Below, in pieces: positions 1-12,353 of a stretch of DNA of 64,000 bases (its first letter is position 1; each line of letters opens with the position of its first letter). Source of the stretch: Catajapyx aquilonaris (lineage: Eukaryota); NCBI GenBank assembly GCA_000934665.2, contig JYFJ02001109.1, forward strand, positions 1 through 64,000. Reading direction: 5' to 3'. The notes under the pieces were generated by a model. That model had not been told where the DNA came from. It saw only the letters and a list, made by a program, of their open reading frames with translations, and ran no database searches. A program made the translations under genes and the position numbers.

Positions 1-110
1 TACACGAAGAGTGCCTGATGCGTTTTGGTGTCGTCAGCCATTTTCATTCCAATATGGCGGCCCGTTTATGCACTTACCCCGTGTATGCACTTACCCCACT
101 TCACCTTATT
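1..110. mobile_element. Possible end of a MITE cut by the window edge
   Basis: TATGCACTTACCCC occurs twice, then ACTTCACCTTA, resembling a subterminally repetitive TIR. The partner end is not visible. Confidence 0.25.
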
Positions 111-169
111 TCAATAAATATTTCCTGACAATGAATTTTTGGCCATAGTTTAATTTAGATGGTCAAAAA

Positions 170-720
170 TTCATTTCGAATATCAAAAATTATAAACTGA
201 TAGTATGCGTGGATAATCGATAATATATCAATATATCGATAATGACAAATATTGCTAATCGATCATGCCAGATAATGCATATCAAAAATTGATAATTGTC
301 GAAAATATTTGTCTAAAATTTATAATGCCAAAATATATATTACATCTCGAACATCGATTATTCTAGATAGTAGGTATCGAAAATCGATAATGACAGAAAA
401 TACACATCAATAATCATAATTCCACAAACAATATAAAAATCGATAATACCAGAAATATATCACCGATCAATAATGATGTGAAATATAACGATAATGCTAG
501 ATAACATTGAAATTTGACAGGCCAAAACTGGTCAATTTTTTTTGATAAATCGACTTATGATCGGCAAGTCGATCTTTCGGAAATATCAAATATTCAAGGT
601 GGTTTAATATCCACTTCTAAGTAGGTCGTTTCAATTTTTCGAACCAGAGATCTGTATTTTTATAAATTGACATGTCGGTATACAAATATCTGATAAGCCG
701 ATATATCGAAAATTAATTTT
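170..720. repeat. AT-rich degenerate ATCGATA/TATCGA tract
   Basis: Many ATCGAT/CGATA words, e.g. TATCGATA at 234-241. Same vocabulary as 7800-11010 and 61430-61930. Confidence 0.6.
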
Positions 721-997
721 TAATTTGAATAGGTCAGATTTACTTATTTCCGATTTCCACTTTTTAAAACTACAAAATAAAACAGAGTTAAATAAATAGG
801 AAATAAATGATAGAAACAAAATTATTTACGATTTATCTACAAATAATAGTACAATCAATAGGTAAAATAGTTAGTATCATATTTAAAATGATACAAATAG
901 ACAGAGTCGATAAAAAATAGTACACGCAGTAAATTCATTATTATAAAATTAATAGACAGAACAGTACAGAATGATATCAGGTCATATAATTGAAAAA

Positions 998-1295
998 TCT
1001 ATATAAATAAAGCCGTTTGTGAGTCTGTCTGTCCGCCTGCCAACCGTCATTTGCCTGCCATCTGTGCTCCACCCTCAGGCACTGAGAGGATGGACGTGTT
1101 GGGGGGTTGACTACAGATGGCAGCCAAATGACGGTTGCCGTTATACAGGCGGGAGAGGTTCAAGGTGTTGGAGTAGCTGGACCACAGATGGCATTCGTGG
1201 GCGTACACACAGAAAGACAGACAGTTGACGGGGCTACTGGCAGGTGTTTTCCCTTCATTCATTTCTTCCCGGGCAACGCCGGGTGCCGCAGCTAG
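998..1295 (+). mobile_element. Non-autonomous Helitron (298 bp)
   Basis: Starts A|TCTATATAAATAAA, ends with GC hairpin CCCGGGCAACGCCGGG then CTAG|T. It sits in an AT dinucleotide without a TSD and interrupts an AT-rich tract: canonical Helitron termini. Confidence 0.85.
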
Positions 1296-2319
1296 TACAA
1301 AATAAAATAGTACAGATAGTTGATCACTTTACAATAGTGCAAGTAGTAGATAAAATAGTAAACAAATACTACGAGTAATAGAAAGTAAATAAATATAGTA
1401 AACAAATACTAGTAACAGAAAGTAAATAATAATGTCACCATTTCTGCCGCAATATTTGTCTGCAGGAGTGCGGCCTAAATTACCATAGTTCAGTCTGTTG
1501 TCTATTTCCCCTCCTATTTCCACTACATATCCCCCGACATCACACGCACGAGAAACTTTCCTGTACTCCCCATCTGTGAACACAACTGCCATTTTCCCTT
1601 ATCTTTTTTCGTCTCCCCCCTCCTCCCCGCCTTCCCCCCAAAGAAAAACCTCCTGGGAATTAAAGATGCAAGAGTAATTATTCAAATTAACTCCTGGCAG
1701 ATTCTGCAAATTAAAATACGGCGTTTGGCTAATAAAATCATGCCCGGGCTGACGGAAAGCCATGGTGGGGCGGGGGTGGGGCGGACGGGGGGAGCAACTT
1801 TTTAAAATTTCAAATTTTGATCTAGGGGGTGGAAGTCCCCCCTCTTCCCTATTCCCAGTATTATAACCGATCTGATGTATTAACTTTTAGATAAGAGTGT
1901 CTTAGCTTCACACAGAAAAAATGGCTACCCCAAGATGGCGTTGGTATTCACTTGGAGTATCTTTTCTCACATAATGCAAACCCTATCCTCTGAGATGATC
2001 CTGCCTCGGTGGAGCAAGTGGAAATTAGTATCATGCGAAGGTTGGAGGGGGGGAATGATATTAGACTTATACGCCACCTACTGGTAAGTTATTCCTCACA
2101 CTCACCTTTTGGTACGCTTCGTTTATTTCATTTCTTCCGCTCCAGTTTCCGTTTTTGCTTCTTTACAGTGGAGACACGAACTTCCGTCTGGAGATGGGGC
2201 GGAGGGGGTAATTCCGTTAAGACCAGGGGTCTCACTCCGTGCTGAAATTGTGTACAAAAATCAGAGGTGATTGGGCAAATTGGTGGCTGGATGGATGTCG
2301 CAAGCTGGACAGTGTCCGA

Positions 2320-3425
2320 TCAGTATTTTCGTCCACTAAATTTGGCCCAACGGAATTTTCGACTTTAAGATCCAATTTCGTCCAAAAGGGCCAAAATCTG
2401 TTCTGGGGCAAATTCAGAATACAATATGGCTGCCCTTTACTGATATTTGGTCCGAATTTCGTCCACTAAATATTGTCTAGGGCTGTGCGATATCCGAAAT
2501 TGCATATCGACTTTCGATACTTAAAAATATCGCATCGTAGTCGATCTATCGAAAATCGAAAAACCGACATCGAAAACCGACGTCGCAAAATATCGCAAAC
2601 CGACATCGAACCGACATCGAAAAATATCGCAAACCGACATCGCGATATTCGATACATCGCACATGCCAAGTGTCGCAACTTCGATATTAGGAAAATATCG
2701 CATCGACACTCGATGTATCGAAATAATGCACAGCCCTAATATTGTCCACTAAATTTGGTCCAGCGGAATTTTCGTCCCTAAGGCCAAATTTCGTCCGAAA
2801 CTGCCAAAATTCTCAGGGAAAATTCAGAATCGAAGATGGCTGACGTTTACCGACTTTTGGATGCATTTTGTCCAAATTTGGTCCACTAAATTTGGTCCAA
2901 CGGAATTTTAAGTCTTTGAGGCTCAATTTCGTCCGAAAGTGCCAAAATCCGTTCTGGGCAAATTCAGAATCCAAGATGGCTGCTGTTCACGAAATTTGGC
3001 TCAAATTTCGTCCACTTATTGCACAACGGAATTTTCGTTCATAAGGTACAAAATTTAGTCCAAAAAGGTCAGAAAATTTTGATATTTTCCCAAACTTTTT
3101 GGAATTCAGAATCCAAGATGGCGGTGTTCCGAATTTCTTTCCAAAAATTATAGGGGAAGGAATTTTCGTCCTTACTGAGTCCAAAAAATGCTAAAAATTT
3201 GGTCCAAAAGAAAGTACAAAATTCTGAATATTTTCCGAATTATACCAGTCCAAATTCAGAATCCAAGATGGATGCCGTTCACCGACTTGGGCCAAATTTC
3301 GTCCCAAAAATATTGGGGGACGGAATTTTGGTCCTTAATAAGTCCAAAAAATGCTTAAAATTTGGTCCAAAAGAAAGTACAAAATTTTGAACATTTTCCG
3401 AATTGTACCATTCCAAATTTAAAAT
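2320..3425. repeat. Degenerate tandem array (~110-150-bp units, AAATTTGGTCC..AATTCAGAATCCAAGATGG)
   Basis: Recurring AATTCAGAATCCAAGATGGC and GGAATTTTCGTCC blocks, interrupted by the hAT MITE. Confidence 0.75.
2478..2738. mobile_element. hAT-superfamily MITE (261 bp)
   Basis: TIRs TAGGGCTGTGC / GCACAGCCCTA with a perfect 8-bp TSD ATATTGTC (2470-2477, 2739-2746). Interior made of CGATAT/ATCGA repeats. Confidence 0.9.
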
Positions 3426-3428
3426 CCA

Positions 3429-3593
3429 GGGAGGCATGGTGGTCTAGTTGTTACACCTCTGGCCAGCCAAGCGGGAGGCCGGGGTTTAAATCCCGTCCCC
3501 GTCACCTCTACTTGACCGGGTCTTTTTCCGCTTTTCACCCGACATACCGGGGCAGAATTGCACTCCCTTCTCTGCCCGGGGCCAGGAGAAAAG
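3429..3593 (+). mobile_element. tRNA-derived SINE, family A (copy 1, tail not recognisable)
   Basis: A-box-like TGGTCTAGTTG and B-box-like GGTTTAAATCC. Body is clearly homologous to the reverse complement of 5249-5394. Confidence 0.75.
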
Positions 3594-4220
3594 TGGACGA
3601 AAATTCCCGTATTTTTTCCACACGTTGTGACCCTTGCTACCAGCACCCCCTGGCGAGATTGCTAGAAGCTGAAACTGTCTAGCATTGTTTGGCTCGAAAA
3701 TCCAGGTCCTGAGAGAAACAGTAATAAGTAGGGCTAGTTAGTACCGGTAGACAATCCCTGTCCGGGAGAATAGGGAGGGGGGGGGGGTTGGAGAGGTGGG
3801 GAGAGGAGGAGAATCCGCAAGCCAATCGCAAGCCCTAATCTGGGAATGGACAAGATAGGTGTGCGACCATCAAGTTGATCCTAGTGGAGCCATATCGTAA
3901 AACGGACGCCTGGCTTTTACGGGTATTAACATGGCCGGTCCTACCCCCCCCCCCCTCCCTCAACTGCGTCACAATATGTGTGTGTCGAGAACCGGTTTTT
4001 TTGTGCACAGGGAGTATGTGGCCTGGTAGAATCAATCAAAAATCCTGCCTTATTGGCTGATTAGTTAGTGGTTGTACCAAGAATGTGAGCTTCAGGCTCT
4101 GTTTTATTAATTTTGTGATTAAGAAATTTCTGGAGGTTCATTAGATGGCTAGTGGTCAGGTCATTGACCTTCTGGTATTGTACTGATTACCCCAGGGATT
4201 AGGTAGCTTATTTGGAAGGA

Positions 4221-4405
4221 CTTTCGTATCGGGAAACCGAATTTGGCTGTACCAACCTACCCCGTGACCCAACTTTCCTTCCCGGCGGATATACGTCCAT
4301 CTTTCAGCGAATACACACCTATTCTTCAGCGGATACACACCTGTTCTTCAGCGGATACACGCCTAGGAATGTAGGTAAAAGCGCGGGGTCTTCCGAAATG
4401 AAAGC
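4221..4405. mobile_element. Small MITE-like element, degenerate relative of 48775-48928
   Basis: CTTTCGTATCGGGAAACC .. GGTCTTCCGAAATGAAAG imperfect inverted ends. Internal CTTCAGCGGATACAC repeats are shared (inverted) with the 48775 copy. Confidence 0.55.
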
Positions 4406-4631
4406 GTAGCCTCGCTCTTACTATCCACCAAAGTTAAGTCTTGATGGCAGATGTGTTTACCTCTGAATGAGGACCTGGGTGGAGACTACCTGCTTTGTCA
4501 GCAGCCTAGGAGGAGGCTAGTCTGAATAAACAGGTTTCTGAACAACCACTGTGTTCTTAGACACTACTACGACCCTTTGGCTGTCATAGGTGATGCACTA
4601 TGGAGGTCAATCATCAACGTACCATTATGGG

Positions 4632-5456
4632 CAGGGAATTATAAGGGTAGTCCGTGTATATACACCTTCGTAGGTAGTCCGGGGTAGTCCAGCCTGGACT
4701 AGCAGGTAGTCCGAGGGTAGTCCGTGAAAGAATGTAAAATGTAAATGTAAGAGAATAAGCCATTGTTCGCAGGTAGTCCAAGGGTAGTCCAATGGGTCGT
4801 CGTAGTTAGAAAGTAGTCCGGGGTGGTCCAGGGGGAAGTCCAGGGGGAAGTCCAGGGGGAAGTCCAGGGGGAAGTCCAATGGTAGTCCATGCCAGAAAAA
4901 AATGTAAGCGAATAATAACTTGTTTATAGGTAGTCTGGGTAGTCCAAGGATAGTCCAAGGGATAGACCGAGGGATAGACCGAGAGGTATTGCGAGGGTAG
5001 TCCGGGGTAATCCAACCTGGACTAGCGGGTAGTCCGAGTAGTCCAGGTAGTCGTGTACGCAAAAAAATGTAAGTGAATAATCCCTTATTCGTAGGTAGTC
5101 CGGAGGTAGTCCGTAGTTCGAGAGTAGACCGAGGGGTAGTCCGAGGGTTTGTTTGTTTGTTTGTTTGTTTGTAATACCCCGTAATAGGGCCATGGGCCAT
5201 CTGGGGGTTCCCATGGGAGGCCATTTCTGACCCTCTTAGATACCAGACCTTTTCTCTTGGCCCTGGGCAGAGAAGGGAGTGCAAGTCTGCCCGGACATGT
5301 CGGGTGAAAAGCAGAAAAAGACCCGACCAAATGAAGGTGACGGGGACGGAATCCGAACCCCGGACCTCCCACTTAGCTGGCTAGCCACTAGACCGGGGTA
5401 GTCCGAAGATAGTCCGGGTAGTCCATGTGCACAAAAAATGTAAATGAATAACCCCT
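4632..5456. mobile_element. GGTAGTCC-minisatellite MITE cluster (AGGGGTTATTCAC-type ends)
   Basis: GGGTAGTCC repeats, 12-bp GGGGGAAGTCCA x4, and a repeated right end AAAAATGTAAGTGAATAACCCCT. A SINE is nested inside. Confidence 0.7.
5147..5394 (-). mobile_element. tRNA-derived SINE, family A (copy 2, with tail)
   Basis: Minus-strand GGTCTAGTGG..GGTTCGGATTCC head, family-A body, 3' CCCCC..GGCCCATGGCC..GGGGTATT hairpin and (ACAA)n tail. Flanked by GGGGTAGTCCGA on both sides (putative TSD, inside a host repeat). Confidence 0.8.
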
Positions 5457-6269
5457 CCATCTTGGGTCATCCTAAATGTGTGCATATGCACTTATAACCT
5501 CACAGGTCAACCTGAAAGTGTGTTTCCTGGTTCCTCCAAGCCTCCTGATCTCAAACTGCCTTAACCCAATTTCCTTCAGGGGTCCTTCAGGTGCAATTCC
5601 CTTGCCACCTCCTATTAATTTCGACCCTCCATTTTGGATATCCCTCAGCTCCTAGATACATCAAACAGCTTGGGGAGGACGCCCCGTCCACGCTTCCTCG
5701 AACTCTGATTAATCCGATTGGACGGCCATCTTGCGGGCATATTACGTGGAGGGTCAAATGAGATCCTAAAATTGGATCTAGATCTGGGTTGTGGACACTG
5801 TATCCCCTTGACTAATCCCTATACAAGTCTCTACATCTTTTGACCTTAATCTCACCATCTGCTATGGACTTTTTTGTCATCCAACTCCCCGATATGAAAG
5901 AACGGCCCACCCCTAATATATATGGAAATTTGTAACCCCCCTCCCTCATCCTCCCCCTTCTTCCCTACCCCGCTTTTCCCTACCCCCCAGAATTCCATCG
6001 TGGTACTAAACTTAGCCGATGGGGAAGGTCCCTTGGAAGTTTGTTCATGCTCCTCAATTGCGTGCACTTCACTGATCCGTGAAGTGATGCATATGGTAGG
6101 TAGGAAGATAGAACCAGTTGTAATGCATTAATTTTTGGGGCCAGAATTTTTGAGGCCAATCGTAGGTGAGGATTGTCAACCTTCCCATGGGTTTCGACTG
6201 TCGAGGTGTCAGGTTGATTGACTTATCTGGAGGATGTCACTCACAGTCAGCATAGGTCGATGAGAAAGA

Positions 6270-7090
6270 CTTGTGGAGTGTTTGTTCGTAGTTTGAGGTG
6301 CATAGAACGATTTGCGGAAAGTTTATGTCGTTTAATTAATGATTTGTGAATGATATGTGAGTAGAACCAGGTCTTTGCAGTAGCAGTACGGGTTTGTCTA
6401 TGAGCTGTGGAGTGTTTGTTCGTAGTTTGAGGTGTATGTAACATTTTGTGACAAGTTTATGTCATTTAATAATGATATGTGAATGATATGTGGAGTAGAA
6501 GCTGTTCTTTGCATTAGTAGTGTAGGTGTGTATATTTGTCGTACACTGAAGACTTATGGAGTGTTTGTTTGGAGTTTGAGGTGTAAGCAACTATTTGTGA
6601 CATATTTATGTGGTTTTCTAAACTAAATGCGAATGATATGTGGAGTAGAATATGTTCTGTGTATTAGCAGTACAAGTTTATTTATTTACTGTGAACTTAT
6701 GGGGTGTTTTTTCATAATGTGAAGTGTATAGAACGATTTGTTACATGTATATGTGATTTTTATAATTATATGTTAATGATATGTGGAGTACAACCTGTTC
6801 TTTGCAGTAGCAGTACAGGTTTGCCGAATTGTCTCTTTGTCGTGAACTGAAGTGTTCATTCATAGTTTGAAATGTAGAGAGCAATTTGTGACATATTTAT
6901 GCGACTTTCAAAACGAAATGCGAATGATACGTGGAGTAGAACATATTCTGTGCATTAGTAGTACATGTTTGTCTATTTGTCGTGAACTGCTGAAGACTTA
7001 TGGAGTGTTTGCTCGTACTGTAGTTTGAGTGTAGTTAACACTGCTTAAGATGTGAATGATATGTGGAACAGTACATGTTTGCCTATTTAC
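6270..7090. repeat. Degenerate tandem repeat, ~135-150-bp unit, ~6 copies
   Basis: Recurring GTGTTTGTTCGTAGTTTGAGGTG and GAATGATATGTGGAGTAGAA blocks. Confidence 0.8.
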
Positions 7091-7867
7091 CAGGCGAGCC
7101 TGGATTGAGGCTAGCCACAGTGTCGGTTGCTACCTTAATATGAAGAGCGCACAGCACATTATAACGTCCAGTTTTGTCCATTTTAGAATAAGCCGTCCTA
7201 TGATTGGCTTGGCGGAATGGAAATTGGGAGATGGTAAGTTAAACCTAAAAGTAAGGGGATTAGAGGGTAATCATATTTGCACGTGTGTACAAGGTTTAGG
7301 CGGTCGTCACAAGAGAAATCAAAGGATAGAAGGAATTACATGCATTACTCGTTGCGATTCTACTGAGTTAATGAAGCCAGGACAGGAGAAGCTTTTCATG
7401 AGAACTGCCGGGGATTTAGAGGGTGTAATTGCATCTCTTACAAGCCTTGTCCCCTCGACCCTGGGTCTCTCCTCCCCCTCAGGATGTCATTATCAGGGAG
7501 TTAGAGGGGCGTAAAGTTGTGGACATGCAAAAAAAAATAGATGACCTAACGGACCTATGGGAATGGCCATTTCGTTTCAAGCATTACTTTAATGGATTTT
7601 GGAAATGTACGATTTGGGACGATGACCCCTGGGGTCACTAACCTGGCTGATGTGACCCTTGTGGTATAGGTTTGTCTATTTGTCCGGAGGGGCCTGCTAG
7701 TGAGGCTACTGTTCCGTTACATCATATAAGGCTAACTTAACTAGCTCGTTTATACTTTAAAATTAATATCAAAAGTCATCATGAGCTAAATGTTGAGAAA
7801 ATACGATAAAAAATCGGAATAGTTACAAATATCGATACATCAGCAGCGCAAATCGATGATTGATATA

Positions 7868-8050
7868 CAGGGTGTCCCAAATTCGTGGGTCATTTTTATA
7901 ACTGATATTGCTCGATAGCAGTTATTTTTGTAGCTTGTACCCCTAACCAGGTGCTCCTTTACTCACAGGGATCGGTTATTGGCAAAAAAAACTGCTATGG
8001 AGCGATATCAGTTATAAAAATAAAACGACCCACGAATTTGGAACACGATG
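7868..8050. mobile_element. Tc1/mariner-type MITE (degenerate; same family as 59095-59310)
   Basis: TA|CAGGGTGTCCCAAATTCGTGGGTC .. GACCCACGAATTTGGAACAC, largely palindromic. Confidence 0.75.
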
Positions 8051-8124
8051 TTTGAATAATTGTGGCCTTTATGTACGTTGATGATATATCGATACATCGA
8101 CATCGCAAATGCATAATTGATATA

Positions 8125-8520
8125 CAAGGTGGTCCAACTTCAAGTGTCGCTTTATAACGGCTATTAATAGAAGCGCTTTACGATTATCGTAGCAGCACGT
8201 GAAAAATGGCCCACTTCGGCGCCATCGAAAATATTAGCTGTGTTTCGTTTGCAGGCTTCGCCCTTGAATTACAGGTCCAATGGTCCATCTGGTGCCTTGG
8301 CGTCACCCATTTCACCCAGGCGCATCGCAGGTCATGTGTGCACCTCCTTTTTGCCAGGTCAACCCAGCAGCAGCCTGGTTGATTACATGTGTGCTGCTAT
8401 TGGTAGCTAATATTTTCGATGGCGCCGAAGTGGGACATTTTACACGTCGCTGCTACGTCATCGCAAAATCACTGCTATTAATCGCCGTTATAAAACGACA
8501 CTTGAAGTTGGACCACCCTG
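8125..8520. mobile_element. Tc1/mariner-type MITE (396 bp, ~110-bp TIRs)
   Basis: TA|CAAGGTGGTCCAACTTCAAGTGTCG .. CGACACTTGAAGTTGGACCACCCTG|TA, with a TA TSD. Confidence 0.85.
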
Positions 8521-9093
8521 TATTGAATATCTGCGCCCTTTAATGCTTGTTGATGATGAAACATCGATACGAACTGTATATTATAAGTTAGATGTAGATT
8601 TATCGATATATCAGCCTTTGCTTGGATCGACATTCCTGAATATAAACGACAAAAAAGACGTACACCGAGCATAGATTTACTTTGTCGAGATCTGAATATC
8701 AATCGACATGAAAGGACATCAAATATCGATTTAGGATACCGACATATCGTTATTTGTCATTATTACAATTTTCTGTCAATTTGTTCTCGATTATATCGAT
8801 AGTTGATATCAATTTGTTCTCGATTATATCGATAGTTGATATCAATTTTTTTATCGAACAAGCACAAAACTTAAAATGGTCATTACGTGTACAATACAGC
8901 CACTATAAAAATATCGATCCAACCCGGTTTTTATAAGTCGATTTATCGATATTTCTGCCTTTGAATCTACAGTATAATTATTCTTGAATATAAACTGACA
9001 TGAAAGAACATCAAGTATCGATTTAAAATATCGACATATCGACATTTGTCACTATAAATTATCGATCCAACCCGTATTTTATAAGTCGATTTT

Positions 9094-9377
9094 ACCGAAG
9101 CAGGTTGGCATAGTGGATGAGGCGTCCGACTGCTAATCGGGAGGTCCTGGGTTCGAATCCCGGGGCCGGCAACTCTGACCGTGGTTTTCTGTGGTTTCCC
9201 ACGGTCCTTCCAGAAAAATTCCGGAGTTGCTTCAGTAATTAATAGGCCACAGCCGCTTCCTTCCGTCCCTATCCTATCCCAAAGATCACAGTAATATGAA
9301 AAGCAAAGAGTTCCAGCCAAAACAAACTTCCCCCCTAAAGAGCCGATGGCTGATATAAACGGGGTATGAATTATTAG
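9094..9377 (+). mobile_element. tRNA-derived SINE, family B (full length)
   Basis: A box TGGCATAGTGG, B box GGTTCGAATCC, anticodon-like CTGCTAA arm. Body GTGGTTTTCTGTGGTTTCCC..AGGCCACAGCCGCTTCCTTCC, 3' CCCC..GGGGTAT hairpin, and 13-bp TSD TATAAGTCGATTT (9080-9092, 9378-9390). Confidence 0.9.
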
Positions 9378-11899
9378 TATAAGTCGATTTATCGATATTT
9401 TCGAATATCAACTGACATGAAATGACATCAAGTATCGATTCACGATATCGGCATATCGATATTTGTCATTAACTTATAGCAATTTTCTGTCGGTTTATAT
9501 TCTACGAGATTCTACGAGATCGTAGATTACCGGTATATCGATAATTGATATAATTTTTGTATCGAACAATATAATTCAAGGGTCAATGAGCATGACCCAG
9601 CAAGGTCATTTCTAACAACCTAGAGTCAGGTTCACGTTCTCTACGCTCGTCCTAGCAAGGGATATAAATTTCCCTTCGAAATTTTGTTCCGTAACATTAT
9701 CGGCCTGGATGTACTTATTTAGTGCTCTAAATTGCTATTAGCGACGCAGGATCAGTGTTTGGAAACGGGGCAAGGAAACTCTGCAGAAGCCGGTTCCAGG
9801 TTTTAGGAAAATCAGTAATGAGGTGTTCTTGGCAACTTTCTAGACGGATTATGTCGAAAAGCGCCTCCCGATATGAATATCGACTCAGGAACGTTAAGAA
9901 GGAATTGCTCAGTTTATACACACTCTAAGAACGTCTGGCAGTTTTGGCAAAGTTCATCGCTTCAGGTCTACAATATAATGTCTATTTCTGCCACGGGAAG
10001 TCAATACTTATTGGTAGAAACCGGTAGAAATGTATTTATTAGACCTAGCCTCATGTCAGGCTGTCTCACGACTGTTGACAAAGCAAGCTTCTCCCTAGAG
10101 GTGGATATCGTATAGGTGTACCGATATTTGAAAGCCTAGATATGACAAGATGGCAACATATGCCGATATTATCGATATTTTGCGTCAATATCAATATCAG
10201 GGAAGCTTTATGCCGATATATCGTTATCGATATTTGATCTAAAAGTCAATCTCTAACACTACCCATCACATTCACGTAAATGGTATCAGAGTATCGATAT
10301 ATATCGACATTTGAAGGCGCCGGTATGATCATATGGCGAATGTTTTGATATAGGCTACTGTAGCGGTTTTGTCGATATTTTAGGCCAATATTTCTGCATA
10401 TCAATATCATTATTTTGAGTATTATATCGATATCGTCATCGAAATTGATTTAAAAGTCCCATCACGTGCATGGATATCACATCAGTGCAGTGTATCAATA
10501 TATCAATATTTAAAGGTGCCGATATGATTAGAAGGCAAAGGTTTCGATGTAGCCTATCTGTTATTTTCAATATTTTACGCCAATATTTCGGCATATCAAT
10601 ATCATTTAAGTATTACATCGATATATCGTCATCGATGTTTGATCAAAAATTCTCATCACGTGCATTGATGTTGTATCGGTGTATCTACATATCGATATTT
10701 GAAAGCGCTGATATAATGTGATGACAAAAATTTCGATTCATCGGTTTTGTCGATATTTTGTGCGAATATTTCGATATCAATATCAGGGACGTTTTATCAA
10801 TATTTCTTTATCTGTATTTGATGGGGAAAACGTCTCATCAGGTGCATGGATATCGTATCAGTGTATCTACATATCGATATTTGAAAGCGCTGATATAATG
10901 TAATGACTCGGTTATGTCGATATTTTTCGCCAATATTTCGACATATCAATATCAGGAAAGTTTTATATCGATATATCGTCATCGATATTTGATGAAAATG
11001 TCCCATCTCTATCATCTCCCCTCCTATACGACCGTTATTTGACCGTTATCCGCCAGTGCCATCGTCCCAAGCGTCCTACCACCTACCATGTCCCAACTTA
11101 CCCCCAAAAGTTGTCCTTTTAATGTCCACCCCTGCGACTCGATTATCCGATTCTTCGTAAAGATATGCACTTAATTCCAGTCCCAAACTCCATTTTTGCT
11201 CAGGTTGGCATACCCTAATTAGATTTGAAACCCCCGAACGGACATGTTTCCACTCCCCACTCCCCCTTCGGGACGGATAGTTAAAAGTGGGTGCACACTA
11301 GACCCATCTTGGCGTTACAAAGCACCCCACTCACTATATAGAAGAGGATTAACCTAATCGAGATTGATTTTCAAAAGAAGTACTGTTCGTTCCATTAGGG
11401 GAATTGCTTCAGTTGCAATGAGATTTTGGTAGGGGGAGCCAGGGGTTTGTGGCTTTGCTGAAAACCCTTGTCACAAAGTGAAGGTTGAGGGCATCCACTT
11501 TCATCCTATTCATTTCCCCCCCAAAAAATTCTATTTTTTCGTAGACTGAGCAACAGAGGGTAATACGGGCATTTAGATAAAGCAGATATTAAACTGACTT
11601 TGTTTAGATGAAAAGGATGGGGCAATATCATCTGTTGTGTTGTGTCACGGAACCGTAGCGTCTGTGCGAGACAGTACAATACGCTTACTAAAATTAGCCC
11701 ATATGTATAAAGCATGAAAGCCATTGATAGAACTGATGTGGCCAAACCATAGACAGAGTCACTGTTTTAAAATATTTCGACCTTATTAGGTCATTCACCA
11801 GTCCAAAGAACCCACTACATGTAGGACTATGCCACCACACAACTGTGGACAAAGCAGGTAGCCTCTACCCAGGTCCGTTTCCAGACGCTCCAGTATCAT

Positions 11900-12160
11900 G
11901 TCCGAACTGGACCATTCCTTTTGGATCCTGTCGGAACTGGCTCATTCCGGTCGAATCCCGTCCGAACTGGCTCATTCCGGTCGAATCCCGTCCGAACTGG
12001 CTCATTCCGGTCGAATCCCGTCCGAACTAGACCATTCCGGTCGAATCCCGTCCGAACTAGACCATTCCGGTCGAATCCCGTCCGAACTAGACCATTCCGG
12101 TCGGGACTGGCCTGTTCCGGTTGGATCCGGTCCATTCCTGTTAGATCCTGTCGGAACTGG
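11900..12160. repeat. 30-bp minisatellite (TCCGAACTRGMYCATTCCGGTCGAATCCCG)
   Basis: Near-perfect 30-bp period at about 11930-12100. Confidence 0.9.
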
Positions 12161-12353
12161 CTCGAAAACTTGGCAGAACAGTGAACTGACCTCCATAGGT
12201 TCTCAAGTTAAGGGTCACTCAGGGCCATGGACGGTTTATCCGCTAACATGACCGCTATTTTCTTAAGTCAGGCCCGCTTCCAGACAAAACCGCATCCACG
12301 CCATCTCCTGGTGAAACTCACAATTACCGTACAAGCCCATCTTAGTCTTGGCC

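Larger units (their letters stand above)
7800..11010. repeat. Long degenerate ATCGATAT satellite-like tract hosting several insertions
   Basis: Dense TATCGAT/CGATAT words and local tandem duplications (e.g. 8777-8850, 10660-10910). Interrupted by two Tc1/mariner MITEs, a SINE and unique sequence at ~9570-10110. Confidence 0.7.

Noticed and set aside
4625..5284. 219-aa ORF with PLDF repeats
   Set aside because: Spans GGTAGTCC repeats and a SINE tail; no protein-like features.
7056..7641. 152-aa and 70-aa ORFs
   Set aside because: No recognisable domain or convincing splice structure; starts within a tandem repeat.
9094..9172. tRNA-Ser(GCT)-like gene (also 28775, 36441, 39846; Gly-like head at 3429)
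   Set aside because: Poor acceptor stem, no long variable arm, and it continues into a shared SINE body with tail and TSDs. These are SINE heads, not tRNA genes.
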